From assembly GCA_963783505.1 (NCBI GenBank), contig CAWAOP010000025.1:76-64075 (forward strand): DNA of 64,000 nt, read 5' to 3'. Position 1 is the stretch's first letter, and each line of letters opens with the position of its first letter. This stretch comes from Terriglobia bacterium. Lineage in GTDB: Bacteria; Acidobacteriota; Terriglobia; Bryobacterales; Bryobacteraceae. The position numbers and the translations under genes were made by a program. The notes below the pieces were generated by a model. That model was not told the DNA's origin. It was given only the letters and a program-made list of their open reading frames with translations, and ran no database searches. Positions 19,338 through 29,188 of the stretch are shown here, piece after piece.

Positions 19338-19366
19338 TTGACTTAGTACTAGAGGGACCTTACAAT
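19338..19366 (+). promoter_or_regulatory. sigma70-type promoter TTGACT-N17-TACAAT
   Basis: TTGACT at 19338-19343, 17-nt spacer, TACAAT at 19361-19366, 22 nt upstream of the response-regulator ATG (AAGG RBS between). Confidence 0.45.
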
Positions 19367-19387
19367 TAAGCCGATAAGGTTGATAGT

Positions 19388-20128
19388 ATGCCCAATACTA
19401 GTTCCAGCGCGGACGGGCCCACATCCTCGCCCCCGGGTGGGACTCCCAAGATCCGAATCGTGGTGGCGGACGATCATCCTATTTTTCGCGACGGGTTGTG
19501 CAAACTCCTTGCGCTCGAAGAAGATTTTGAGGTAGTGGCGCAGGCGGAGGATGGACGGCAAGTGCTGGAAGTGTTGCAGCAGTACGAACCCGATATCCTT
19601 CTGCTCGACCTCCGTATGCCTCATCTGGATGGCCTGGCGACCCTTCAGCGGCTGCAGGGCGGGAAATCCAAGACCCGAGTCATTGTCCTCACGGCTTCCG
19701 ACGACAAAAACGAATTCGTCCAGGCCATGAAGTTGGGCACATCCGGTATTGTCCTGAAACAGACGGCCACGGACTTGCTGATCAAAAGCATCCGCAGAGT
19801 CCATGCCGGAGAGATGTGGCTGGATTCCACGACAACCGAAGCTGTCATTCGCCAGTTCGTGGCTGGCTCCGCTCCCGCTACCGCCCCCGCCGCGCCGCCT
19901 CCGATGCAGACGCGCGATCGCGACAGGTCCCCGCTCAGCCAGCGCGAACGCGAAATCGTCGCTCTGGTGGCGCAAGGCTTTAAGAACAAGGAAATGGCGG
20001 AGAAGATGTTCATCAGCGAGCAGACTGTGAAAAACCACCTGCACAACATCTTCGACAAGCTTGGGGTCTCCGACCGTCTGGAATTGGCGCTCTACGCCAT
20101 CCATAACAACCTGCACATGGGCCGGTAG
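19388..20128 (+). CDS. NarL/FixJ-type response regulator (REC + LuxR HTH), no adjacent kinase
   Basis: IVVADDHPIFRDGL...DILLLDLRMPHLDG...LTASDD receiver. LSQREREIVALVAQGFKNKEMAEKMFISEQTVKNHLHNIFDKLGV HTH. Confidence 0.9.
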   Translation: MPNTSSSADGPTSSPPGGTPKIRIVVADDHPIFRDGLCKLLALEEDFEVVAQAEDGRQVLEVLQQYEPDILLLDLRMPHLDGLATLQRLQGGKSKTRVIVLTASDDKNEFVQAMKLGTSGIVLKQTATDLLIKSIRRVHAGEMWLDSTTTEAVIRQFVAGSAPATAPAAPPPMQTRDRDRSPLSQREREIVALVAQGFKNKEMAEKMFISEQTVKNHLHNIFDKLGVSDRLELALYAIHNNLHMGR

Positions 20129-20137
20129 CCGGTCCGT

Positions 20138-20569
20138 TTATTCCCACGCGCGCTTGGGCACGCCGGCGTCGCGGTCCTCAAGCCGGTCGTAAACGTAGGC
20201 CGTTGACACCGTTCCGAGCGATTCGTTATACAGGCTCTCTTCGTGCAGCGCTTGTTTGAGATCTTCCTCGAACGTGTGCAGCGCGGCTAACTGCGGGGCG
20301 GTGGCGGGCCTGCGCGCGCCATCCGTCGAGCGGAAGAACTTTTGAAAACCGCCGTCCACCAGGCAGGCGATCCGAGAACCGGCCAAGACGCCCGCACAAC
20401 CCTGGACCCTCGCGCGCCCGCCTTCCTCTTTCAAATCCACCGCGCAGCCTTCCCGCGAGACGCGCACGCCTCCGCCCGCAAGCGCCGAAACGGTAAAACC
20501 CGCCTGCTTCAACGCCTCGATCTGGCTCGAATAAGTGACGGCTTCCGGCCGATGCCTGCGGAAGAACAT
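20138..20569 (-). CDS. hypothetical protein
   Basis: 143-aa ORF with ordinary composition. TATAAT (complement of 20576-20581) lies 6 nt upstream of the ATG, suggesting a leaderless transcript. Confidence 0.5.
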   Translation of the reverse strand: MFFRRHRPEAVTYSSQIEALKQAGFTVSALAGGGVRVSREGCAVDLKEEGGRARVQGCAGVLAGSRIACLVDGGFQKFFRSTDGARRPATAPQLAALHTFEEDLKQALHEESLYNESLGTVSTAYVYDRLEDRDAGVPKRAWE

Positions 20570-20575
20570 ACGAAT

Positions 20576-20581
20576 ATTATA
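20576..20581 (-). promoter_or_regulatory. possible -10 box (TATAAT) for leaderless 20138-20569
   Basis: Perfect hexamer 6 nt from the ATG. No recognisable -35, because that position is occupied by the G/C tract. Confidence 0.3.
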
Positions 20582-20650
20582 GGGGCTGGGGGCTGGGGAC
20601 TGGGGGCTGGGGATTAGGGGGATTTGGGGGATTGGGACTGGGGGTTGGGG
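20582..20650 (+). repeat. G-tract array (about 10 runs of G3-G5 with 1-4 nt spacers)
   Basis: GGGGCTGGGGGCTGGGGACTGGGGGCTGGGGATTAGGGGGATTTGGGGGATTGGGACTGGGGGTTGGGG read directly from the sequence. Confidence 0.85.
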
Positions 20651-20827
20651 ATGCGGACCGAGCCACTCACCATCGGCAAACAGGGGTCAGCGGGACCACA
20701 AACGCATCTGGTCCCTCCGCAGCCGCATCGGTCGCCCACGTGGAGCGAGCTTTCAGCTTGCCACGCCGGCTTTCATGCCGGCGTGCGGCGCCCGCAAGAA
20801 GATCGCGGATGGCTGAACGCTCTCGCG

Positions 20828-21193
20828 TTACTTCGCCCGCTTCGCGGTCAGCTCTTCCGTAACCATATCCGCCACGTTGCGCGTGAACTTGATTTCGTCG
20901 CCCGCGACCTTCCCGGTGTACGCGATCCGCAAGGTGTTGCCCTGGTAGTTCATGTTCTCGACGAACGTGATGGTATCGCCGGTCACCTTGCCTTCCGTAA
21001 TCGGTGTCGCGCCGTTCGGCGACGTGGCGGTCCCCGTCAGTTTGTCGCCGTCCACCTTGAATTTGTACGTATAATTCTGCTGCCCGATCTGCGTGTCGAA
21101 CGTGGCCGTCCATTTTCCGGACGGGTCGGCGCCAAATGCGGCCATAGCGAGGCCCATCGCCGCCACGACGACAACCGTAATTCGCTTGAACAT
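20828..21193 (-). CDS. small secreted beta-rich protein (hypothetical)
   Basis: 121 aa. Signal peptide VVVVAAMGLAMAAFGA. Alternating beta-strand-like pattern KWTATFDTQIGQQNYTYKFKVDGDKLTG. Confidence 0.7.
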   Translation of the reverse strand: MFKRITVVVVAAMGLAMAAFGADPSGKWTATFDTQIGQQNYTYKFKVDGDKLTGTATSPNGATPITEGKVTGDTITFVENMNYQGNTLRIAYTGKVAGDEIKFTRNVADMVTEELTAKRAK

Positions 21194-21239
21194 AAAGCCT
21201 CCTAGTAAGACTACCAGCCCCCGGCGAGCGAAGCGAGCC

Positions 21240-22514
21240 TCACCGCCGCCAGACGATTTCGCCGTTCACCACCGTCGCAACCGGACCGCCATGGAACGTC
21301 CGCCCGTGGAACGGCGAATTGCGGCTGCGGGACGGAGACTGGTTCACGTCGTACGTCCACTCCAGGTCCGTGCAGAAGACCGTTACATCTCCCGGCGCTC
21401 CCGTTGCGAGCGTGCCCCGGCCGAGCCGCAGGATCGATTCCGGTCCCGTAGTGAACAGTTCGATCATGCGATCGAGCGTAATCTTGCCCGGCCGCACCAA
21501 CTCATCGAGCGCCAGCGCCAGCGCCGTCTCCAGCCCGATAATTCCGAACGGGCAGCGCTCGAACTCCTGCATCTTCTCGCTGCCCGGGTGCGGAGCGTGA
21601 TCGGTGGCGATGGCCGTGACCGTACCCGCGGCGAGCGCCTCCACCACGGCCGCACGGTCCGCGGGCGAGCGCAGGGGCGGCTTCATCTTGTAATTGCTGT
21701 CGTAGGCCGCCATCTCCGCATCGCTCAGCGAGAAGTGGTGAGGCGTTGCTTCGCACGTGGCGGCGAGACCCTGGCTCCGCGCATACGCCACCATGGCCAC
21801 CGCGTTGCGCGTGGAAACGTGCGCGATGTGGCATCGCGCGCCGGTCAACTGCGCCAGAACCAGATCGCGCGCCACCATCGCGTCCTCGGCCGCCGAGGGA
21901 ATTCCGCGCAATCCCCAGCGCACCGATTGCGCCCCTTCGTGCATATCCCCGCCCGCGCTGAGCGCCAGGTCCTCGCAGTGATCGATCAACGGCAGGCCGT
22001 AGGACCGTGCGAATTCCATGGCCCGCCGCATCACGCGCGAATTCATGACCGGCTTTCCGTCGTCGGAAATGGCCACCGCGCCAGCCTCTTTCATGGCGCC
22101 GATGGCCGCCAGTTCCTCTCCCTCGGAGCCTTTCGTGATCGCGCCGATCGGAAACACGTTGACCGCGGCCTTGCTACGCGCCTGCTCCCGGATGTAGCCG
22201 GTCACCGTCGCGTTGTCGTTCACCGGCTTCGTGTTCGGCATGGCGCAGATGGAAGTGAATCCTCCGGCCGCGGCCGCTCGCGATCCGCTCTCGATGGTTT
22301 CGGCGTGCTCGAAGCCGGGCTCGCGCAAATGCACGTGCATGTCGATAAAGCCCGGCGCGACGATCATCCCGCTCGCGTCGATCACTTGCGCCTTCGGCGA
22401 CGAGAGCCCCGGCGCGACGCCCGCGACGCGGCCTTTCACGATCAAAACATCGGCCACGCGATCCGTTCCCGACGCCGGGTCGATTACCCGCCCGTTCTTG
22501 ATGACGATAGCCAT
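21240..22514 (-). CDS. pyrC: dihydroorotase
   Basis: Start MAIVIKNGRVID. PGFIDMHVHLREPG, AMPNT and DHAPH motifs. The start lies 2 nt after the pyrB stop. Confidence 0.9.
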   Translation of the reverse strand: MAIVIKNGRVIDPASGTDRVADVLIVKGRVAGVAPGLSSPKAQVIDASGMIVAPGFIDMHVHLREPGFEHAETIESGSRAAAAGGFTSICAMPNTKPVNDNATVTGYIREQARSKAAVNVFPIGAITKGSEGEELAAIGAMKEAGAVAISDDGKPVMNSRVMRRAMEFARSYGLPLIDHCEDLALSAGGDMHEGAQSVRWGLRGIPSAAEDAMVARDLVLAQLTGARCHIAHVSTRNAVAMVAYARSQGLAATCEATPHHFSLSDAEMAAYDSNYKMKPPLRSPADRAAVVEALAAGTVTAIATDHAPHPGSEKMQEFERCPFGIIGLETALALALDELVRPGKITLDRMIELFTTGPESILRLGRGTLATGAPGDVTVFCTDLEWTYDVNQSPSRSRNSPFHGRTFHGGPVATVVNGEIVWRR

Positions 22515-22516
22515 GG

Positions 22517-23425
22517 CTACCCGATCACCCTTTCCAGCACCGCCATCCTCACGGCGATTCCGTTCTCCACCTGGTTGAGAATCACCGACCGGTTGAAGTC
22601 CGCCACCTCGCTCGCCAGCTCGCGTCCCCGATTGATCGGCCCCGGGTGCATGACGATCGCATCCGGCTTCGCCAGGTCCATGTGCTCGAGCCTCAGCCCG
22701 TAAAACCGGAAGTACTCGCTCGCCGGAAACGAAGCTTCGTGCTGCCGCTCGAGCTGCACGCGCAGCATCATGATCACGTCGGCGTCGCGAATCGCGCCGC
22801 GAATATCGTTGGTGAGCCGCACGCCCGGGGCGAGGTCCGCCAATTCGCGAGGCAGCAGCGAGGGCGGCCCGCACAGGACAATATCCACGCCGAACTTCGC
22901 CAGCAGGTGCACGTTGGAGCGCGCCACGCGGCTGTGCGCGATATCGCCGATAATCGCCACCCGCAGGCCTTCCAGCGATTCGCGCCGGTCCAGGATCGTC
23001 CGCGCGTCCAGCAGGGCCTGCGTGGGGTGCTCGTGCGCTCCATCGCCCGCGTTGATGATCGGCGTCGGAAGGTGCCGCGCCAGGAAGTGAGGCGCTCCCG
23101 AGGCCGCGTGCCGCATCACGATGGCGTCCGGCCGCATGGCCGCCAGCGTGTTCAGCGTATCCACCAGCGACTCGCCCTTGGAAACGCTCGAGCCCGCGGC
23201 GGTGATGGAAATTGCGTCCGCCCCCAGCCGCTTGGCGGCGATCTCAAAACTGGTGCGCGTGCGCGTGGACGCCTCGTAGAAGAGATTGACGATCATCTTC
23301 CCGCGTAGCGTATCCAGCTTCTTCAGCGACTGGCTCTGAATGGGTTGAAAGTCCTTGGCCCGCGCCAGAATAGCTTCGATTTCGGCGCGGTCCAGCTCTT
23401 CGATTCCGAGCAGTCCTGCGGGCAT
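22517..23425 (-). CDS. pyrB: aspartate carbamoyltransferase catalytic subunit
   Basis: 302 aa. [19 protein letters not shown] and HPGPINRG signatures. Confidence 0.95.
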   Translation of the reverse strand: MPAGLLGIEELDRAEIEAILARAKDFQPIQSQSLKKLDTLRGKMIVNLFYEASTRTRTSFEIAAKRLGADAISITAAGSSVSKGESLVDTLNTLAAMRPDAIVMRHAASGAPHFLARHLPTPIINAGDGAHEHPTQALLDARTILDRRESLEGLRVAIIGDIAHSRVARSNVHLLAKFGVDIVLCGPPSLLPRELADLAPGVRLTNDIRGAIRDADVIMMLRVQLERQHEASFPASEYFRFYGLRLEHMDLAKPDAIVMHPGPINRGRELASEVADFNRSVILNQVENGIAVRMAVLERVIG

Positions 23426-23430
23426 AGTCG

Positions 23431-23988
23431 TCAGGCTTCCGCCGTTCGCTCGACCAGGAGGACCTTTTCCATCCCGTCGATTTCCTGGAATTTAACCTCG
23501 ACGATCTCCTCGTCCGTAGTCTGCACCACCCGGCCGATGAACCTGGCCTCGATGGGCAGCTCGCGGTGGCCGCGGTCGATCAGCGCCAGCAAGCTGACGC
23601 GCGCCGGACGGCCATGATCGAACAGCGCGTCCAGCGCCGCCCGCGTGGTGCGCCCCGTGTATAGAACGTCGTCGGTCAGGATAATATCTTTGCCCTGGAT
23701 CGAAAATGGAATCTCCGTGGCGCTGACCACCGGCTTGATATCGACGGTCGATAGATCGTCCCGGTACAGATTGATGTCCAGGATTCCGACCGGAACCGTG
23801 CGCTTCTCGAGAGCCTCGATCTTCGCCGCCAGCCTCTGCGCCAGCGGAACGCCGCGCCGCCGGATGCCGATGAAGGCGAGCAGATCCAGGTCTTTAGTTC
23901 TTTCCAGAATTTCGTGAGCCAGACGAACGAGCGTGCGGTCGATTTCGGACGCGCTCATGAGTTGGGCTTTTTCGCGCGTGACGGGCAT
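23431..23988 (-). CDS. pyrR: bifunctional pyrimidine operon regulator / uracil phosphoribosyltransferase PyrR
   Basis: Start [32 protein letters not shown]-binding motif. Heads the pyrB-pyrC genes. Confidence 0.9.
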   Translation of the reverse strand: MPVTREKAQLMSASEIDRTLVRLAHEILERTKDLDLLAFIGIRRRGVPLAQRLAAKIEALEKRTVPVGILDINLYRDDLSTVDIKPVVSATEIPFSIQGKDIILTDDVLYTGRTTRAALDALFDHGRPARVSLLALIDRGHRELPIEARFIGRVVQTTDEEIVEVKFQEIDGMEKVLLVERTAEA

Positions 23989-24085
23989 AGGCTTCTGTAG
24001 GATCAGAGTAGCATGGGGATCGAGAGAATCCGAGGGGCGGTTTCCTGGCGCCGCCAGGTCCGGACTCGCCCGCAATCGCGATTCT

Positions 24086-24745
24086 TCAGTCTCCGATGCA
24101 CCCTGGAGGAATCGCAAAATCGGAGCTTAGAGAACTCCTTATGAGTTCCGAAACCGCCCGTCGATCCGAACGCCGGATCGCTTCCGCTATTCCCGATTGG
24201 TAGAGCCTTTGAACCGCTTGCCGAATCTCGACTCCCGTCCACCCGCGCGCCATCATTTCGCGCCGCAGTCCGCTCATCAAGTTCACAAGCTCGGCGCACT
24301 CCGGCCCGAAACTCCGCTCCAGGTCCTCCCGCATCACGCTCGCCAGCGCCGGGCACCGCCCTTCCGTGGAAACGCCGATCGTCAGGTCCCCGCGACGCAC
24401 CACCGCCGGCAGCGTAAACGTGCACAACGCCGGCCGGTCCACCACGTTCACCGGAATCCCCAGCGATTGCGCGTCATGCGAGATCCGCGCGTTCAATTCC
24501 TCGTCGTCCGTCGCCGCGATCGCCACAAACGCGCCCGCGAGTTCGTCCGCCGTGTACGACACGCGGCGCAAAGCGACGCGCCCGGCCGACGCGCGTTCCT
24601 CAATCTCCGCACACGCCTCGGGCGCAACAACGCGCACCTCGGCCCCCGCTTGAAGCAAATCCGAGACCTTGCGGCTGGCGATATTCCCCGCCCCGACTAC
24701 CACCGCCAACCGCCCGTCCACAACGAGGTTGATTAAGTAACTCAT
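24086..24745 (-). CDS. precorrin-2 dehydrogenase / sirohydrochlorin ferrochelatase (SirC / CysG N-terminal-like)
   Basis: Start MSYLINL. VVVGAGNIASRKV NAD fold. VNVVDRPALCTFTLPAVV is typical of siroheme synthase N-domains. Confidence 0.8.
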   Translation of the reverse strand: MSYLINLVVDGRLAVVVGAGNIASRKVSDLLQAGAEVRVVAPEACAEIEERASAGRVALRRVSYTADELAGAFVAIAATDDEELNARISHDAQSLGIPVNVVDRPALCTFTLPAVVRRGDLTIGVSTEGRCPALASVMREDLERSFGPECAELVNLMSGLRREMMARGWTGVEIRQAVQRLYQSGIAEAIRRSDRRAVSELIRSSLSSDFAIPPGCIGD

Positions 24746-24881
24746 TTCCGGCGCGCCGCGCTGTACATCCAGCATAGCGACGCGCCGCGGCCGCGCGGGG
24801 ACCGTAGGCCCACGCTGCCCCGCGATTTCTGATTAAATCTAGGTTGCGGGCCAGTTGAGACTGGCTCCGCGGGAGCGAATC

Positions 24882-26083
24882 ATGTCATCCACGTCCGCAT
24901 CCGAGTATCCCAATCGCCGTCGTTTCATTGGCGGCGCCATCGCCACAGCCGCATCCTACCAGCGCATCTTCGGCGCCAACGACCGGATCCAAATCGGAGC
25001 CATCGGCACGGGCGGCCGTTGGGGAGCCCACTATTCCGGCCTGCAAAAAGCCGGCGGAAACGATATCGTGGCCGTCTGCGACGTTTACGAACCGCGCCGT
25101 TTGCAGGCCAAGGCCCGAGCCGCCGCCGGAGCCACGGATTACGTGGATTACCGGCAAGTCCTCGATCGCAAGGATGTGGACGCGGTATGCATCGCCACGC
25201 CGGATCACTGGCACGTCCCAATCCTGACCGACGCCGTCAAAGCCGGCAAGGACGCCTACTGCGAAAAGCCCATCACCCACACCATCGCCGAGAGCCAGCC
25301 CATCATCACCGCCGTGCGCGACTCCAAGCGCATCGTGCAAATCGGCCTGCAGCAGCGGAGCTGGGAGCATTACATCACCGGGAAGAAAGACGTGATCGAC
25401 GCGGGAGTTCTGGGGCAGATCACTTTCATCCGCACCTACTGGTATCAGAATCACAACACCGGCCGGAGGCCGCCCGCCGCAATTCGACACCACCAAGCTC
25501 GACTGGAAGCGCTTCCTCGGCTCCGCCTCCGACCGGCCATATCGACGCCGACATGTTCGCCAACTGGCGCTGGTATTGGGATTTCGGCGGCGGCGCCATG
25601 ACGGATCTGTTCGTTCATTGGGTGGACGTGGCCCACTGGTACATGGGGCACGATATGCCCACGCGCGCCACGGCCACGGGCGTGAAGGCCCTCCTCCAGC
25701 AGCGCCAGACGCCGGACACGATGAGCGCCGCGCTCTCCTACCCGAAATCCGTGGTGGAGTTCGATAGCGCCCTGCTCGGCTACATCGAAGGCGGCGGCCT
25801 TATGATTCGCGGTACCAAAGGGGCCATGCGCCTGCATCGCGAAGGCTACGAAGTTTACAAAGAGATCCCCAATTACTCCGAGGCGTTCGCGCCGCCGCCG
25901 GCGGTAATGAAAGTCAGGTCCACGCACGACGGAACCGACGATCACATCAAGAACTTCCTCGATTGCGTCCGCTCGCGCCAGGAACCGAACGCGCCGATCG
26001 AAGTGGGCGTCTCCGCCGCCCGCGCCGGCCACGTAGCCAATTTTGCAATGCGGGGAAACGGCGTCTGGACGCCGGGGGCGTAG
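24882..26083 (+). CDS. TAT-signal Gfo/Idh/MocA-family oxidoreductase, two frameshifts (about 25458-25485 and 25535-25539)
   Basis: NRRRFIGGAIATAAS twin-arginine signal. IQIGAIGTGGRW...CIATPDHWH...YCEKP in frame 0. QFDTTKLDWKRFLGSASDRP in frame +1. IDADMFANWRWYWDFGGGAMTDLFVHW... in frame +2. Confidence 0.85.
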
Positions 26084-26116
26084 GGTCCGTCGGGAAATAA
26101 CATTCCCAACGGCGAT

Positions 26117-26223
26117 GGTGGCGCACGCTTTAGCGTGCCGTGGCGAGCTTCAGCTCGCCATCTTCCTAGCGCCGCGAAACCGTGGGCTGAAGCCCACGGC
26201 GGCACGCTGAAGCGTGCGCCACC
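26117..26223. repeat. composite REP/BIME-like palindromic element (four tandem hairpins inside a larger inverted repeat)
   Basis: Inner hairpins are TGGCGAGC-TTCA-GCTCGCCA and CCGTGGGC-TGAA-GCCCACGG. The outer 24-nt arms each contain a GCACGCT / AGCGTGC hairpin. The outer arms (26117-26140 and 26200-26223) are reverse complements of each other. Confidence 0.75.
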
Positions 26224-26233
26224 CGGCCGGCCG

Positions 26234-27205
26234 TCAGTCCTCCACCGGCGTCATTTCCGCGTGGTCGATCACGATAATATCGACCGGAACGGCTTTCACT
26301 TTGACGAGTCGCAGCCCGAGTTGCTGTTCAAGAGCCTTGAAGAGCTTGGGCGCGCCACTCGGGTCGTTGGCCAACCCCTGGGAGGAAGCTTCCGCAGTTG
26401 CGAGGCTGGCCGCCACGGCGGGGCTCATGACGATCTGCGAGGCATCGAGACGGCTATCGAACTTGAGCGTGAAGTCGTATTTAGCAGTCAAGCCAGTCTT
26501 ATCCACCACACGAAATTCCTGATCTCCCGTGGACATTCGAATGAAGGAACTGAAGGTGGAACGGTTGACCAATTCATCCATCGTAAAGTTTTGGAATTTC
26601 ACATAAAAAGCGTTGCCCGCCATCACGATGCCCGATCCATGCCCAGGCGGCAGAACCAGGAAACCGTTGGCGTCATGGTCCCCTTTGGCTCCGGTCGTCG
26701 GGTCGGGAGCGGCGGGATTCGCCGATTCCTTGAGCTTGGGCCCGCCCGGCGCCACGACCAACTCATAGCCTGGAATGACCTTGCTTTCGTGGTGGAGGCG
26801 AATTTTGAATCGCTCGATCAGCAGGTTTTGGAGCATGAGCCGAAACTGTTCTTCCGTGGTGTCCGGCGCCATTGTCGCGTTCAGGGTGTACTGATGTTCA
26901 AAGCCCCCGAGCCAAGCCGGGCCGGCGATCCGGTAAGCATCCGACGCGTGGAGCCCCCACGCCCTGCGCAACAACTCCAGCAGCGTCGTTTGCGTGTAAG
27001 AAAAACGCCCAGGGTCGCTGGTTCCGGGGCCGCCCCTGATTCGGTGGCTGACGCCGAGAATAAAGGCATTGGAGTTATCAATTTTGAGCGATGCCGCTTC
27101 AAAAGTAGGCTGACTTCCCGCAACTTGGCTTGGGGAAGTCCGCGCAAAGGCAAACACCGCTCCCACAAGGACGCTTACAGCTAGCACGCACCCGAGTTTC
27201 GTCAT
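26234..27205 (-). CDS. TIGR03435-type periplasmic protein (Acidobacteria-expanded family)
   Basis: 323 aa. Signal peptide, then FEAASLKIDNSN...TLLELLRRAWG...LLIERFKIRLHHESKVIPGYELVV pattern as I recall for this family. Confidence 0.7.
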   Translation of the reverse strand: MTKLGCVLAVSVLVGAVFAFARTSPSQVAGSQPTFEAASLKIDNSNAFILGVSHRIRGGPGTSDPGRFSYTQTTLLELLRRAWGLHASDAYRIAGPAWLGGFEHQYTLNATMAPDTTEEQFRLMLQNLLIERFKIRLHHESKVIPGYELVVAPGGPKLKESANPAAPDPTTGAKGDHDANGFLVLPPGHGSGIVMAGNAFYVKFQNFTMDELVNRSTFSSFIRMSTGDQEFRVVDKTGLTAKYDFTLKFDSRLDASQIVMSPAVAASLATAEASSQGLANDPSGAPKLFKALEQQLGLRLVKVKAVPVDIIVIDHAEMTPVED

Positions 27206-27301
27206 ACGATATATATAGTACTAACCGATCGCAATGTCAAGCCCGCCTTCGGCGCCGAACCTCCAGCCCGTCGCCAGGATGTATAATTCACGGCAAACGC
27301 C

Positions 27302-29092
27302 ATGAGACGCTACTTGATCCTCGTTGCCTGGGCATTGCCGGCATTGGCCGCTTCCGCGCCGGTCCGGCCCGCCGTCGCCGATAAGGTTGCCGACCGCTTC
27401 ACGGCCGCTCCGTTTGAGACGCAGCGCATCGAAGGCATCCTGGGCGACCGCATGAAGATCAACTTCGAACGCCGCCTGCTCCAGGTGGACGAAGCCGGCA
27501 TCCTGGATTGTTTCCGCCACCGTCCCGGGCCGCAGGAATGGCAGGGCGAGCACGCCGGCAAGTTCCTCGACGCCGCCGCCAACACCTGGCTGTTTACATC
27601 GGACGACCGCCTGAAGTCGCTCATGGATCGGGTCACTCGCGTGCTGGTCGAGAATCAACTGCCCGACGGCTACTTGGGTACCTACACCGATGACAAACGC
27701 TGGACTGCCTGGGATGTCTGGGTCCACAAGTACGACCTGATCGGCCTGCTCAGTTACTACCAAGTCAGTGGCTACACGCCGGCGCTGGAAGCATCGAAAC
27801 AGATCGGCGACCTATTGATCCGGACCTTCGGTCAAGACCCCGGCCGGCTTGACATCATCAAGTCGGGGACGCACGTAGGCATGGCCGCCACCAGCGTGCT
27901 GGAGCCGATGGTCAGTCTCTACCGCTTCACCGGCGAGCGCAAGTACCTCGACTTCTGCGAATACCTGGTTCGCTCATGGGACCAGCCCAATGGCCCCAGG
28001 ATTATTGCCTCGCTCAATTCCAGCGGCAGCGTGTTCAAAACCGCCAACGCCAAAGCCTATGAGATGATGTCCAACCTGGTCGGTCTGACCGAGCTACACC
28101 GAGCAACGGGCAATGCGCTGTATCTGAAGACCGCGCAGATCGCCTGGAAGGACATTGTCGATCATCGATTGTACGTGGACGGAACCACCAGCTCCGCCGA
28201 GCATTTCACCGACGATTTCGTTCTGCCCGGAGAAGAAAGCTCCAATACCGGAGAAGGCTGCGCCACGGTTACTTTCCTGCAACTCACCTGGCAACTGTTG
28301 CGCCTCACCGGCGAGCCGCAATACGCCGAGGAACTGGAGCGCACCGTATACAACGCGCTGCTCGGCGCGCAGGATCCCCGCACTGGCAACATCTGCTATT
28401 TCACGCCTCTCAATGGAAAGAAGAATCCGACCCCCGGCATCAACTGCTGCGTCTCGAGCGAGCCCAGAGGCATTTCAATGATCCCGCAGCTAGCCTGGGG
28501 AACCATCGGCGAGGCCCCGGTCATTCTGTTTTACGCGCCCGGGTCCGTGAAAGTGCAAACAGTAGCGGGCGAAGTGACCATCGACTCAAAGACGGCTTAT
28601 CCGCTCGATGGCGCTGTCGAACTGACCGTTCGCCCGGTTCGCGCCGCCCGCTTTCCGCTGCTCCTCAGGGTTCCCGCGTGGACGGCAAGCTATCGGGCGA
28701 CAGCCGGGGGAGCGACCCTTAAAGGAACGCCCGGTCAGTTTTTGAGAATCGAGCGCCAATGGAATCCCGGTGACTCCGTGCAAATCGAGATGGATATGAC
28801 AGTCCGCGTTCTGCCCGGCGGAGCGAGTTATCCGTACGGCGTCGCAATTCAGCGTGGGCCGCAGGTGCTGGCTCTGGAAGAGGCGCTCAATCGCGACGTG
28901 CTTGACTTCCAGGCCGCGGGCCCGCGCGCAATTCAGGTCAAGCTGGCGCCGGCTTACGATCGCATTCCGCGCAACTGGACCGGCGCGCAAGCGTACTCTC
29001 TGGAATCCACCGTGGCCGGCAAGCCCCGCGAATTGTTGCTCGTCCCCTTCGCCGACGCCCGCGCCTACCGTGTCTGGCTCCTCGAACCCTAG
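27302..29092 (+). CDS. glycoside hydrolase family 127 (beta-L-arabinofuranosidase-like, DUF1680)
   Basis: 596 aa. Signal peptide. GEHAGKFLDAA, WDVWVHKYDLIGLL, TGEGCATVTF and INCCVSSEPRG (Glu/Cys Zn-site and nucleophile motifs). Confidence 0.9.
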   Translation: MRRYLILVAWALPALAASAPVRPAVADKVADRFTAAPFETQRIEGILGDRMKINFERRLLQVDEAGILDCFRHRPGPQEWQGEHAGKFLDAAANTWLFTSDDRLKSLMDRVTRVLVENQLPDGYLGTYTDDKRWTAWDVWVHKYDLIGLLSYYQVSGYTPALEASKQIGDLLIRTFGQDPGRLDIIKSGTHVGMAATSVLEPMVSLYRFTGERKYLDFCEYLVRSWDQPNGPRIIASLNSSGSVFKTANAKAYEMMSNLVGLTELHRATGNALYLKTAQIAWKDIVDHRLYVDGTTSSAEHFTDDFVLPGEESSNTGEGCATVTFLQLTWQLLRLTGEPQYAEELERTVYNALLGAQDPRTGNICYFTPLNGKKNPTPGINCCVSSEPRGISMIPQLAWGTIGEAPVILFYAPGSVKVQTVAGEVTIDSKTAYPLDGAVELTVRPVRAARFPLLLRVPAWTASYRATAGGATLKGTPGQFLRIERQWNPGDSVQIEMDMTVRVLPGGASYPYGVAIQRGPQVLALEEALNRDVLDFQAAGPRAIQVKLAPAYDRIPRNWTGAQAYSLESTVAGKPRELLLVPFADARAYRVWLLEP

Positions 29093-29116
29093 GAGCATGT
29101 TGATGAACGGTTATGG

Positions 29117-29188
29117 CCGCGGATAAACGCAGATGAACGCAGATAAGGCATCTATTTTCAATCGGCGTTAATCTGCGTTTATCTGCGG
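29117..29188. repeat. long imperfect hairpin (possible terminator/REP) after the GH127 gene
   Basis: CCGCGGATAAACGCAGAT (29117-29134) pairs with ATCTGCGTTTATCTGCGG (29171-29188), one mismatch. The AACGCAGAT word is duplicated inside. Confidence 0.5.

Noticed and set aside
20582-20650. CRISPR array or other spaced-repeat locus (also considered for 44064-44238, 50640-50690 and 55503-55580).
   Set aside because: The repeats are contiguous low-complexity words or only 2-3 irregularly spaced copies. There are no regular repeat-spacer units and no cas genes.
23989-24085. PyrR-binding attenuator in the 97-nt pyrR leader (AGUCCGGACCUGG resembles the AGUCCAGAGAGG binding loop).
   Set aside because: Only a partial match to the binding-loop consensus. 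The adjacent hairpin (CCUGGC-GGC-GCCAGG) has no U tail and no clear antiterminator alternative.
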